Shown here in pieces: positions 12,314-24,616 of a stretch of 64,000 bases of DNA. A program made the translations under genes and the position numbers. The notes under the pieces were generated by a model. It had not been told where the DNA came from, did not search any database, and was given only the letters and a program-made list of their open reading frames with translations. Source of the stretch: Octopus bimaculoides (taxonomy: Eukaryota); contig NC_068992.1 of NCBI RefSeq assembly GCF_001194135.2, positions 9,750,873 through 9,814,872 of the forward strand, read 5' to 3'. Each line of letters begins with the position of its first letter. Position 1 is the stretch's first letter.

Positions 12314-12509
12314 AGGGCAGCCATTTTGAGGGAGGGGATATGTTGATTACAGTTGACCCCAGTGTTCAACTGGTGCTTAATTTATTGACCCTAAAAGGAT
12401 GAAAAGCAAAGTTGACCTTGATGAAATTTGAACTCAGAACATAGTGATGGGTGAAATTCCGCTAAGCATTTAGCCCAGCATACTGATGAGTCTGCCAGCT
12501 CACCGCCTT
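12314..12509 (-). mobile_element. SINE family C
   Basis: Reverse complement of the 6864 copy (aaaggatgaaaagcaaagttgacc...gaactcagaac...ctgccagctcaccgcc). Confidence 0.85.
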
Positions 12510-12564
12510 AATAATAATAATAATAATAATTATTATTATTATTGATAATAATGATAATAATTAA

Positions 12565-12770
12565 TTTTAAATTTTGGCGCAAGGCCAGCAATTTCAGGGA
12601 AGTTGGAGTAAGTAGATTACATCAACCCCAGTGCTCAACTGGTGCTTATTTTATGAACCCCAGAAAGGATGAAAGGCAAAGTTGACCTTGGTAGGATTTG
12701 AACTCAGAACACAAAGCCAGAAACAATAGCACCCTACATTTTGCCTGGCATTCCAATGATTCTGCCTGTA
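12565..12770 (-). mobile_element. SINE family C, second adjacent copy
   Basis: Same core gaaaggatgaaaggcaaagttgaccttgg...gaactcagaac. Confidence 0.8.
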
Positions 12771-13326
12771 AAGAAGAATAACAAAAAGAGTTTGGTTGTA
12801 AACCTGTTCAACTGTTGTCTGTGTGAGGAAAGAAACAGTAATAAGACAATGATGAAGGGAAGAGCAACAGAAGTGAACACAGCCATGATGATTAGGGAAA
12901 GTAGACTAAGGAAGAGTAGGATGGTGGTGATGGTGGTGGTGGTGGTGGTGGTGCCGGTGATGATGACGACGACAACTGTAATAAGAGGGAAGATAACAAG
13001 AATGATGATTAGAGAGAGAAGAGAGAATTATGACGATTATGTTGAACAGGAGGATTATGATAAGAAAGAGGATGATTAGGATAATGATGATGAAGATGGT
13101 GGTGGGGGTGGGGGTGGGGGTGATGATGATGATGATGATAGTGATGAAGAAGATAGTAACAATGATAAAAAACCACGATGATTATGATGATGATGATGAT
13201 GCCAAAAAAACTAGAGAACATTCTGTCTAAATATTTAACAAGGTATCTTGATGTAACCATGGAAACATATTTTTTTTTTCTTAATCCATTTCTCGTTTTT
13301 TTTTTATTTCCAATTAGAGCACAGTT

Positions 13327-13361
<35 letters not shown>

Positions 13362-13619
13362 AATTATGTGTCTGCATCAGTATATTTGTGCAAGCAAGTG
13401 TGTGTGTCTGTATGTGTGTGTGTGTGTGTCTGTGTCTGTCTGTCTCTGTGTGTGTGAGTGTGTGTGTGTGTGTGTGTACACAAACTTGTGTGTGATTGTG
13501 TGTCTTAGAATAGAATATCTTTCTGCATTGTCACTTAGATTAAGTTAATACATATTATTATATCTCTCTTATTAGAGCTCAAAAGTTACAACCTGAAGTT
13601 ATGAACATGTGGGAGACTT

Positions 13620-14058
13620 TATGTGGTTGTTAGAACAAGCAGAGATAGCAGCCAAATTACCCTCAAATCATCCCCTTTCATCCCCCCACCCCACCATGCG
13701 GCACAGCCAGCAAAAGAGCCGCTTCTGTCCCTCTCTTCATACTCTAACTTCTCCTCAGCCGGTTCAATGGCACCACACTCACCACTCTGATTCGTCTCAG
13801 TTGAAGGATCATTGTCTTGCAATTTATTTGGTGACCTTGTTGATACCAGTGCCACTTCAAAAGCACTCGGTGCACTCTGCGAAACAGTTAGCATTAGGAA
13901 GGGCAGCCAGCCAGGAAACCCATGCCAAAGAAGACAGTAGGACTTGGCGCAGTCCTCTGGTTCCCCAGCACACATCAAACTGTCCAACCCCCATGCCAGT
14001 GTCTATAACAGATGTTACATGGTGATAATGAGTATGAGTATGATGATGATGATGATGA
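13620..14058 (+). mobile_element. Old family G/A composite with (GAT)n tail
   Basis: G-like start (agagatagcagccaaattaccctcaaatc) and A-like end (cattaggaagggcagccagcc...ccatgccag). Confidence 0.55.
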
Positions 14059-14229
14059 AATACACATTGGCTAATATAATCCAAGATAGACAATATCACA
14101 AAGAAAAATAAAGATAAGATTACTACAGCAGGAACATTTTCAGCCATAAGGCTGCTAGATGAGAACTGAGTCCCATAAGTCAGAGATGTATGTGTAATGT
14201 ATATGGTGGACTTTCTCCTGTCTCAAAGA

Positions 14230-14500
14230 CGACGACGACGATGACGCATGAGTGTCCAGCTTTTGCCAAACGACCTGCACAAATGATTTGTTTATAGTAA
14301 TAGTAATCAAAGGGTCTATGCCATACATTAGCTCAGTCTCTCTATCAAATCGATGTTGTCTGAATAGATGCAAGGTGTACCACACGTCAGGTTTCGAAGT
14401 GATCAAGGAGCAACATGCACAATGCACCACTCAGTCTAGGAATTGAAATCACGATCTAGCAATCACGAATGTAACACCCTAACCACTACGCCATGCACCC
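14230..14500 (-). mobile_element. SINE family F (tRNA head)
   Basis: atgatttgtttatagtaat...aattgaaatcacgat...ccctaaccactacgccatgc; related copy at 54160. Confidence 0.7.
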
Positions 14501-14502
14501 AT

Positions 14503-14738
14503 AGCTTACACCAGGAACATCTTATGGAGTTTCTACCTATGCTTTATCTACGGATCAAGTAGGGCCATCTATCTGATGGGATTTCTGATTCGTCTGCCTT
14601 CCTACTTACAAAGACTTTGGTTTTTGCTAGGTTAACTCTAAGGTCCTTTGATTCTAGACCTTGTTTCCATACCTGAAACTTCTTTTCAGCATAGAGGAGC
14701 TCCCAGGAGCAGCCTGTCTTGAATTCCTCTGTTATTGC

Positions 14739-14742
<4 letters not shown>
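14503..14742 (-). mobile_element. RTE-clade RT fragment with the catalytic DD deleted
   Basis: QAITEEFKTGCSWELLYA^EKKFQVWKQGLESKDLRVNLAKTKVFVSRK...RNSIRCSWCKLWVH; RTE motif WELLYADDL. Confidence 0.85.
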
Positions 14743-14772
<30 letters not shown>

Positions 14773-14774
<2 letters not shown>

Positions 14775-15190
14775 AAAGAATTTGACAAGATCAGTAAATA
14801 TAAAGACTTGCTAATAGAAATTGAAAAAATGTGGCACCTCAAGGCGACTACCATACCAGTGATTGTAGGATCTCTAGGAATGATAAAAAAAGGTACTGAA
14901 ACCTATTTGAAAATGATACCAGGCTTACCATCCCTACAGGAAGTGCAAAAAATCGTGCTAACTGGAACGACTCATGTACTGAGAAGAGCATTATCGCTGT
15001 GAAAACAACATCCATTCATGAAATTTTTTTTTTTTTTTTTTTTTTTCTTAAATACATGTTTTACCTGTGAATTTGCGTGTGTAAACTGGGAATGCATACA
15101 ACGAGTTTCTCTGCCCTAAGTGTACAGAAAACACTCGGCGAGAAATGGAAGAAAATTCGAAGAAAGAAGAAAAATAACAACATAATAATA
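14773..15190 (+). mobile_element. R4/Dong-type non-LTR element 3' end (REL endonuclease C-terminus, 3'UTR, TAA-rich tail)
   Basis: KEFDKISKYKDLLIEIEKMWHLKATTIPVIVGSLGMIKKG...LQEVQKIVLTGTTHVLRRAL matches KExEKxxKYxDLxxEIxxxW...IPVVIGALG...LQKxxLxGTAHILR; stop-free. Confidence 0.85.
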
Positions 15191-15812
15191 ATAAAGGATA
15201 TTACTAATAATAATAAAGGATATTACTAATAATAGTAAAGGATATTACTAACAAGGACCAGTTAAAGTAAGAAAAGAAAAAAGAAAAAATATAGAACATA
15301 AGACTAATTTTCCTATCCTTGCTTTAAGGACAGCAATAAAAACCTCGATAACTTTCTGGGACTTAATTTAACTGATGCAAGAGAAACAGAAAACAAAGTC
15401 AGTTAAGTTTGTGATTCAAACGAGGAAAAGTAAACGAACAAAACTATAAAAGTTGTTAAAAATTAATAACAAAATTCGACTAATAAAAGTCATCTCGCTT
15501 TTGTCTCGAGCATCTACATTCATCTCCATCAGAAAAAAACAATGGTAAATATGGAATCAGCATTTGTAAGCATTTCTTGTTTTTGTTTCATTTTGACTTT
15601 TCTCATTCAATAAGTTTTTAACACATAAGTTAATCAACAACAGAACACCATCCTTCCTTTTCGCTCCCACCTCTACATGTCTAAATGATGGAATTGTTTC
15701 CAAAAAGAACTGAAGAATATTTCTATGGAAATGTTATTGGTTGTCACATATCTCTTGAGACATGGAGTAAACTTCAATTCGATTCGATTTGTATTCTTTC
15801 CGCTAACCACAG

Positions 15813-15938
15813 GAGACTTGGCATTCTCCCTCCCCCCAACCCGTTCGTAGGTCTCTTGTGACTGAAACAGCAATCCATTCTGTTGCAATACGGATACATC
15901 TGGGAAGAGTGGATGAACAGAGGAACAAGAGGAGAGAA
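15813..15938 (+). CDS. Candidate 126-nt exon, unassigned (ETWHSPSPQPVRRSLVTETAIHSVAIRIHLGRVDEQRNKRRE)
   Basis: Branch-like ctaac, acceptor ccacag, donor GAA|gtaatg, phase 0-0 open frame; no homology recognised. Confidence 0.25.
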
Positions 15939-16418
15939 GTAATGAGTGGATCAGTATTTTGGTGAGAGAGAGAGAGAGTTGGTAGACTGCTGGTGTAGTG
16001 GACTAGCAGACTGTGTGTGAGTGGTGTATGTTCTATGATGAATGATGATGTAAATGGGATTGGCATAGATTTTTAGCTGTGTTCATGTCATTGGTAGCTG
16101 TTAAATTAAATGTACTGAGAATGAACACAGCTACAGAGAAACACATACGCGTACAAATTTGCAACACAGACACTCACAAACAAACTGACATGGATGCATA
16201 TACAAAGACACACATACAAATATGCATAAACACACATATACAAATTTCTGGTTACATATAAACACACCAAACACATAGACAAATACATACAATATGCAGA
16301 CACACTTACACACAAAACTTATTTACAAAATGTGATAATATAAGCTCAACAGAGATCTCTCTGGTATACAACATATTGATAGACTAACTTTCAAACACCA
16401 TACACGGGCACAAATTAG

Positions 16419-16660
16419 TGGAAGCATGTGACGTAGTGGTTAGGGTGTTGAACCCACGATTGTAAGATTGTAGTTTCAATTCCTGGACCGGGTGACACAT
16501 TGTGTTCTTGAGCAAAACACCTCATTTTATGTTGCACCAGTCCACTCAGCTGGCAAAAATGAGTCATCCTGTGAGGGACTGGCATCCTATCCAGGTAGGG
16601 AATTTATATGACATGGAAACTGGGGAACTAGCCCTTGTGTGTCGGCATCACTCGAAAAGG
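16419..16660 (+). mobile_element. SINE family E (CORE-like)
   Basis: Collinear with the 10763 copy. Confidence 0.8.
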
Positions 16661-16730
16661 GGAGTAAACTAAATTAACTAGCACAAATTACAAATAAAAT
16701 AGAGAATCAGGAAGAAAAAAAGCACACACA

Positions 16731-17101
16731 CATCGTTCGTTCATCGTTTAACGTCTGCCTTCCATGCTAGCATGGGTTGGACGATTTGACTGAGGACTGG
16801 TGAAACCGGATGGCAACACCAGGCTCCAATCTAATTTGGCAGAGTTTCTACAGCTGGATGCCCTTCCTAACGCCAACCACTCAGAGAGTGTAGTGGGTGC
16901 TTTTACGTGTCACCCGCACGAAAACGGCCACGCTCGAAATGGTGTCTTTTATGTGCCACCCGCACAAGAGCCAGTCCAGGGGCACTGGCAACGATCTCGC
17001 TCTAAAACCCTACAAAGGCCAGTCAGGTGGTATATATATATGTCTGTACGTATTGTCATCGTCGTATAACGTCCGCTTTCCATGCTAGCATGGGTTGGAC
17101 G
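16731..17101 (-). mobile_element. Family A element plus a separate duplicated ~40-bp terminal piece (17058-17101)
   Basis: Near-identical to 41641; taacgtccgctttccatgctagcatgggttggacg recurs after a (TA)n spacer. Confidence 0.9.
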
Positions 17102-17406
17102 CACATATATATATTAAGATGTGTGGCTCAGTGATTAGGATGTTGCATTCATGATAAGAAGATCATAGTTTCAATTCCCAGGCTGGTGCTGCATTATATT
17201 CCTGAGCAAACAATTCATTTCCTTTTGTTCCACTCCACTCAGCTGTTAAATGGGGTCACCCTGCAATGAACTGGCATTTCATTTGAGGAGAATGCTAGCC
17301 TCCCCACCTTACCAGTGGGATAGCATGATTCAAAAGCTACAACAATGTGAGGAGCTTTCTGTGATGGCCACATCATTCTCTGAATATACAGCTTATACTA
17401 CTCCTA

Positions 17407-17523
<117 letters not shown>

Positions 17524-18594
17524 ATGTCAAGTTATATATAAATACAGTTTCACAGAAAACTGAAGAATTACTTGATAATTTTTAGCAGAATACATATTAA
17601 ACTTTTACAGGGAAAGAGTTGACAGTTGACTGTCAAACCATTCTTTGTAAAAGTTTAATTACAATATATATAGTAGAATATAGAAAGAGATATAGACAGG
17701 TAAATAAGTCTACATCATGTGTACATTAGACTTTCAACAGGACATGTCTGTCTTAATTCTTTTCCACCTTTGCACATTTTCTTCATTCAATGCACACGCC
17801 TTGCTGCTATACAGTATCACACTTTGCACACACAAGCAACATACAATCTGTCCTTCATTCAAACAGACAAACTGCTTGATGCCAAGAGGTTTCCTCATAA
17901 AAATGACGTCTTTTACAATCTTCAGATTGTCCAATCAAGGTAAAACTATTTTTCTCTAATTAGCAAATTTATAATTTCCTGTTTCAATTTTATAATTACA
18001 ATATTTGTATAACCCCAGGTATCAAAAATTAATTACTTCAAGTTTTAAAGTGATATTGTTTACATGCCCTAAATTAACCTCCAACTCCTTGCTCGACGAA
18101 TAAAGGACGTCTCTTAGGCAGAGAAACATCATAGTAAAGGAACTTCTCGAATTTTTCTCACCATTAAATATGATGCAACAAGCATTAAGAAGCATTAAGA
18201 ATTAAAAAATGTATATTTTAATTAGTAACATGGTTTGGGGACACAAAATTCATATTCTATTCTTCATTTTAATTTTCTGTTTTGTCATTCCTTTTAAATG
18301 CTCATTTGAATGGGATGTTTGATTTCCTTTTAAAACACTTGCATTTACAGTCAGATTTTTTCCCTGGGACTAATTAATGGAATCTGTTTCGTCAGCCAGA
18401 CAGGCTAAGAATGAGACAAACAAACAGAACTGTATTTATTGCTCAGGAGACATGATACTGTCGCTATCTTAGTATGGTTTAAACTCATACCCAGGTATTC
18501 AGTAAATCCAGCAAGTAAAGCTTACAGTTACTGCATCTCATACATTCAGAATGAATAAGCAAGAATTTAACACTCTACTATATTTAGGAAATAT

Positions 18595-18780
18595 TTCGTG
18601 CTGGTGCCACTGAAAAAATACCCAGTGCACTCTGTAAACAGATTGGTGTTAGGAAGGACATCCAGCCATAGAAACCAAGCCAAACCAGACAGTAGAGCTT
18701 GGTGCAGTTGTCTAGCTCACCAGTTGCTGTCCAAACTGTCCAACCTATGCCAGCATAGAAAGCAGACATAAAATGATGCG
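18595..18780 (+). mobile_element. Family A, old copy
   Basis: ttggtgttaggaaggacatccagcc...ccaacctatgccagcatagaaagcagac. Confidence 0.7.
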
Positions 18781-19108
18781 GGGAGGTATATAAGCATTGT
18801 ATGAAGAGATTTTGCATTAATAATTTGCCAGATTATCTGGATAAATAACAGTGGACTATTTAATTTATCAGATGACATATTTGCATGAGAAATCTATTTA
18901 AACTAGAATCACTTGTTTGTTTTGCCCAAATATTGTATCTGTGTCTTGTGTGTGTCAATGCTATCCACCTTGTGGTCATTGTGGCCTTCCTTGAATCCAA
19001 TATCCAACAACACAAAGCCTTTGTAGTTGGTACATCAGTCATGTAGTATTGCAGTCAAGCAATAGCAAACATTTGAGCTGTTGGGTTATTTCCACACCTA
19101 TGAAGGGG

Positions 19109-19163
19109 CTGGTGGTGTTGCTGCTACTGCTGCTGCTGCTGCTACTGCTGCTGCTGCTGCTAC

Positions 19164-19195
<32 letters not shown>

Positions 19196-19206
19196 CTGTT
19201 GCTGCT
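19109..19206. repeat. (CTG)n/(CTA)n/(TTG)n trinucleotide tract
   Basis: Directly visible. Confidence 0.95.
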
Positions 19207-19559
19207 TTACATAAAAGATATCATAGACTGCATCTAGAAAATTGGACACTCCACTAATTGGCAATGAATCATAATATTGCTCACCAACACATTCCAGTCT
19301 CAGTTTTTACATCACTCTGACATGTTTTCTCTCTTTCCCTTTTTATTTTTTTCTGCTATTACAGCGGCCTCTGTTCCTTTGGAGTTAACTGGTCTTGTAC
19401 CAACTCCACATGATCCCTAAAATAACCACTAAACCCAGTTCTTCTTCCCCAGAACCATAACCATCTAGAATTCCCTCCCTGCCTATATATTTCTTCTACA
19501 GCCACCAACTTACAAACATTCAAGAGCAACACCAGTGCTGTTGGCCCCTTCAGTTTTGG

Positions 19560-20460
19560 AGGGCTTCTACAGAGACTTGTTAGTTCCTCAATTAATTAAT
19601 CCCATTGCGCCCTATAGAGCATAAGCCATTGATGGTTTTTCGCCAGTCAACTCTGGTTTTGTCTTTTCTCCTTCTTTCCAGTTAGATCCTTGCTTTTCTC
19701 TCCCTACCTCAATATCCCACCCCCAGCAACTTTTAAGGGCAGCCTAACCCTTTCACTTCCATTGTGTGCTGGAGGTCAGGACCTGATGTATAATTCTGGA
19801 TGTTGATTTCTTTAATGTGTGGCCTTTTACATTCCACTGCTCTGTGTCATGTTTCCCATAAAGGAAAGCCTTTCTCTTCCAAGTTTTGTTGGTTTGGAAT
19901 TGTCCTAAATGCCTCTATAACTTTGCTTTTTCTTTTTTTCTAAGAAGGAGTTGTTGGCCTGATGCAAACCTGTTTTTACTTCTGGGAAGGGGTGGTCAAT
20001 ATCAGTTTGGCCCCTATCTTTTGACTTGTCTAGCATGGAAGGTCCTACAAGGAGTTTGCTCTCTATCAGGTTCATGGAGGCATACAAACCACCACATCAC
20101 AACAAGGACTGGGCCTTTTGCTGGTGGATTTGTTAGATCAGTTCATAAAATACTTTGTAATATTTTATTCCAAGCTGAAATTCCATCGAGGTCCACTCTG
20201 TCTTTCATCCATATGGAGCTATATATAACAATCCAGGATAGGAGATTAATAAATCTAGAAGACTGTCAGACCAGATACCTTGCAATGTTTGTTCCAGATT
20301 TTTGTATTGTAAGTTCAAATCCCACCATGACCTGTTTGAGAGATAGATTTAATTCATTACCCAGTTTAATTCCATCACCTGGCACCTTGGGTGCTTTTAG
20401 CATTTCAGCATTCAAGATGGCCAGATCCAGACTACATATTCCACCTGTTTTATGTTTAAA
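19560..20460 (-). mobile_element. Heavily decayed RTE-clade (SR2-like) RT and C-terminus
   Basis: Frame-hopping pieces LNAEMLKA; LLSWIVIYSSIWMK...GI...TDL; KGHTLKK...HQVLT; DWRKTINGLCSIG parallel AEALK, DWIMK..GIQW..FADDL, IGHTLRK..RQALTW, GWRMLVGGLCSIG. Confidence 0.55.
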
Positions 20461-21009
20461 CTGACCAGATCTTATGATATCGACTAAGATACTTTCAGAG
20501 TGAAAATAGGTAATCTAGTCAATAGGGTTTTGGACGAAAATGGACACAATTGCAGTGTACCCCTGACACTATATTGTGTCCATGACCAATACATCTCTGA
20601 AAGAGTTCGATCAATTTGGCTGTAAATAGGGACCATAGAACAGGAACAAGAAACCATTCTAAACATTATCAGCAGCAACGTTATGTAACTGAGAGTTGGC
20701 TCGTTAACCCTTTTACTGCAGAAGGCAAATATATTCGCTCAAAGTTTCATTACCCTTAACTGCAGGAAGCAATTTTATAGAGCAATCAATCGTTGGTTGA
20801 GGAATGTCATGTTTAAAGTATTTTTGTTGAGATATGTCAAGTTTATTGCCACAACACGATTCACAGGAAATACCAATTCCTTTTTTTATGGTAGATGTTT
20901 AACATCATTACCGGAATAACCATGAAATTGAATATCAGTTAACGGTAGAACCTTAGGGCACTGATTTCTCAACTCCATCTGTGGATCTGGAGAAGGCAAC
21001 CAGTTTTTT

Positions 21010-21029
21010 ATGTGATGGTGGTGATGTTG

Positions 21030-21061
<32 letters not shown>

Positions 21062-21080
21062 GGTGGTGATGGTGGTGGTG

Positions 21081-21115
<35 letters not shown>

Positions 21116-21239
21116 NNNNNNNNNNNNNNNNNNNNNNNNNNNNNNNNNNNNNNNNNNNNNNNNNNNNNNNNNNNNNNNNNNNNNNNNNNNNNNNNNGGTG
21201 GTGACGGTGGTGGTGGTGGTGGTGGTGGCAGTGGTGGTG

Positions 21240-21290
<51 letters not shown>

Positions 21291-21310
21291 TTGATGGTGG
21301 TGGTGATGGT
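21010..21310. repeat. Compound (GGT)n/(GTT)n/(AGT)n tract spanning a gap
   Basis: Directly visible. Confidence 0.95.
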
Positions 21311-22672
21311 AGGGGGCAGGGAAGTGAAGAGGAGGAGGAGCTGTCACAGCATGCTGCTGCATCCACTAGTTGTTGGTGATTCTCCCCTGGCAGATGATGA
21401 TACCTTTGCCCCTCTCAGGTGACAACTCTCCAACCCATCGGTCCGTTTCGGGTAGTCGTTACTGGTGAGGGTTTTTACAAGGTCAAAAGTACAAATCCTG
21501 CCTTAAACCTCTTTTGGTCACTGTTTATGACATGCGGAGGGTAACGCTGGCTCTATTCTGGTCCCCACACAGCACACTGTCATGCGATAATGCCTATGTT
21601 AGTCACGTGACTTCATATACTTTAATCACATGATACTGGTCACATGACAGCAAGCATGTTAGTCATGTGATAATAGCTATTTCAGTGACATGATTATTTC
21701 GTCACATGACAGTAGCTAGGAGTAGGGATGTGGTAGAAGGCACCATTGCAAAGGCAGAGTTTATTTATGGAGAGAGCAGATTTGAGATGTAGTAGAAGGC
21801 ACAGCATTAAAGTGACAGAGATGCACGGCATGATTGCAAAGAGAGTAGGTTAGTGATGCTATAGGCACTAACAGGCACTATAGCAAAAGTGATAGAAAGG
21901 TACAGTTTTACACATGGAGATAGTAGGTTAGTGATGTGATAGTTAGGCAGTTTAGTGATGCAATAGTAACAAACCAATCATGCGATCAATAAACCAATCG
22001 GGACAATAGAAATGGCTAACTTAATTAACCGAAGCCACCGATATATTAATCAAGAGAACAAGTTGCATTGATAAATTATCTCAAAAATAGTAAGATCAAT
22101 AAATCAATATAGTTTTAATTCTCATAAAGCAGCATAAACACACTGTGACAGGAAATGAATAAAAATTCTCAAGACTGAACTAAATTATTATTATTACTAC
22201 TACTACTACTACTACTAATATTATCATTATCGTTGTTATTATTATTATTATCATTATTATCATCATTACTATTATTATTATTATTATTATTATTATGCTT
22301 GCAAATTAAGGAAAGGAAAAACAAGAAAAGAATATTGGACTAATCTTTCTTGAAGATGTCTTCAGCATCAGTGAGGTATCTCCATCATCATCATCATCAT
22401 CATCATCACTGTCATTATAATCATCCTCATCATTTTTTTTTTTTTCTTTTTTGTACTTTTATTTTTCCTTTCCTAGTTTTGTCTGTTTTGATTTGCTTTT
22501 TGTTCTTTTTATACTTTGTGGTTCCAGTTCTGTTTTGTTTCATTTTATTGCTCGTTCTGCAGACCAATCTCTAATCTCATCATAACCAGTTGGTTAAAAA
22601 AAAATAAATAAATAAAATAAAAGAAATTCAGCAAACTTTCTGTCCCTGCAGTGATTACATCTATTGTTTCAG

Positions 22673-22770
22673 GTTTTTCCTTCTTCACATCAAACTACAC
22701 AAGTCTTGTATGTAAACAGAAACATTGAGATTTTAGCGCCCATGATGATGGGGGGGAGGAGAAGGAAGAG
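22673..22770 (+). CDS. Candidate exon, unassigned (VFPSSHQTTQVLYVNRNIEILAPMMMGGRRRK)
   Basis: Acceptor ctattgtttcag, donor GAG|gtaagt, one open frame. Confidence 0.2.
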
Positions 22771-23065
22771 GTAAGTATTTCATGGTAGAGATGGTGGTGG
22801 TGCAAAATGGAATTCCAAAAACAAAAGCAAAACAACAAAACAAAGAAAAGAAATAACTGGATATGTAAAAATAAAATAAAATAAAATTGAATTAAATTAA
22901 ATCAAATTAAATACAACAAATCACAAGATTAAAAAGATTAACTGAAAGGGATCACAGTAATGGAGGAAATATTGTTTGGGATTAAAATCAATATGACAAA
23001 CAGATTTGGAAGACATACCAAATAGAGGAAGCTGGAATTTTAAAGATTAAAATAATTAAGAAAAG

Positions 23066-23105
<40 letters not shown>

Positions 23106-23240
23106 AGGATATATATGTTTATATATATTTATATATGTTGATATATATATATACGTGAAGAGATTTATATATATATATGTGTGATGATATATATATATAA
23201 ATATATATATGATGATATATATATATATANNNNNNNNNNC

Positions 23241-23404
23241 ACCCACTACACTCTCTGAGTGGTTGGCGTTAGGAAGGGCATCCAGCTGTAGAAACTCTGC
23301 CAAATCAGACTGGAGCCTGGTGTTGCCATCCGGTTTCACCAGTCCTCAGTCAAATCGTCCAACCCATGCTAGCATGGAAAGCGGACGTTAAACGATGATG
23401 ATGA
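23241..23404 (+). mobile_element. Family A element 3' end
   Basis: acccactacactctctgagtggttggcgttaggaagggcatcc...ggacgttaaacgatgatgat. Confidence 0.92.
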
Positions 23405-24115
23405 TATATGTTGATGTGTGTGTGTGTGTGAGTACATCAGTCAACTAATGTGTTGTGGAGTTCATTCTTTAAATAAATATCTTACTAACTAGCAAACAAT
23501 TATTTTCTTTTGTTTTACCTTTTCGGTCAATTTTTGAAAGGTTAAATCCTATTAATTTGTTGTGGTCTTTCAATCAATCCATTTCATAAATGTTTAGGGA
23601 GGAAGCTTAGCATGAAACAAAACAAAAAAAAATTAATCAAGTTGCTAAATACTAAATTTGTTAACATAGCCCCAAACTCCACTTCCCCACCTTTCTCTCT
23701 CTCTCTCTCTCTCTCTCTCGCTATCTCTCTCTCTATCTCTCTCTCTCTCTGGAATTCTCACAGAATTCAATCTCTTGCCTTTCTGAACCTTTAATTCTGC
23801 TGGTAACATCACTGACAGAAAAATGGAAACAGATCAAGCAGAAAGCATTTCAAACACAACAAAAACAGCAGTAAAATACAACTCAAAGTAATTATATTAG
23901 TACAGAGCTTGAAGCTTTGTAGAGATGCAAGTAAACTTAGTATGCAACCTAACGTATGACTGGTACTTATTTCATCCATCTACAGTGAAAGACAAAAATG
24001 AACTTAATAAGACTTGAACTCAGAGAACTGGAACCAAATTCCAGAGGCATTCAGTGAGGGAACTCAATCAAATCTGACAACTTTTCTGTAATCCTTTAAC
24101 TGTTAAATTGAATAC

Positions 24116-24484
24116 TCTTTTACTATTTTACTTGTTTAAGTCATTTGACTGCGGTCATGCTGGAGCACCGCCTTTAGTCAAGAAAATCGACCCCAGGACT
24201 TATTCTTTGTAAGCCTAGTACTTATTCTATCAGCCTCTTTTTGCCAAACCGCTAAGTTACGGGGACATAAACACACCAGCATCAGTTGTCAAGCGATGGT
24301 GGAGGGACAAACACACATACATATATACAATGGGCTTCTTTCAGCTTCTGTCTACCAAATCCACTCACAAGGCTTTGATCAGCCCGAGGCTATAGTGGAA
24401 GACACTTGCCCAAGGTGCCACGCAGTGGGACTGAACCCGGAACCATGTGGTTGGTAAGCAAGCTACTTACCACATAGCCACTAT
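24116..24484 (-). mobile_element. SINE family B, full length
   Basis: Reverse complement of 7405-7800. Confidence 0.92.
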
Positions 24485-24616
24485 GCATGTATGTATGTGT
24501 TTGTGTGCCCCACCACCACTTGATAACCGGTATTTGTTTATGTCCCCATAACTTAGCACTTCAGCATAAGAAACTAATACTAAAAATATCAGACTAAAAA
24601 AAAATAATAATAAATA

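Noticed and set aside
16800-17069. Recurrent peptide MKPDGNTRLQSxLAEFLQLDALPNANHSESVVG (also at 2235, 23067, 34598, 41729, 52027)
   Set aside because: Antisense reading of the family A repeat; recurrence reflects repeat copy number, not a gene family.
19886-20464. 192-aa plus-strand ORF
   Set aside because: Antisense to a decayed RTE RT; no recognisable domain.
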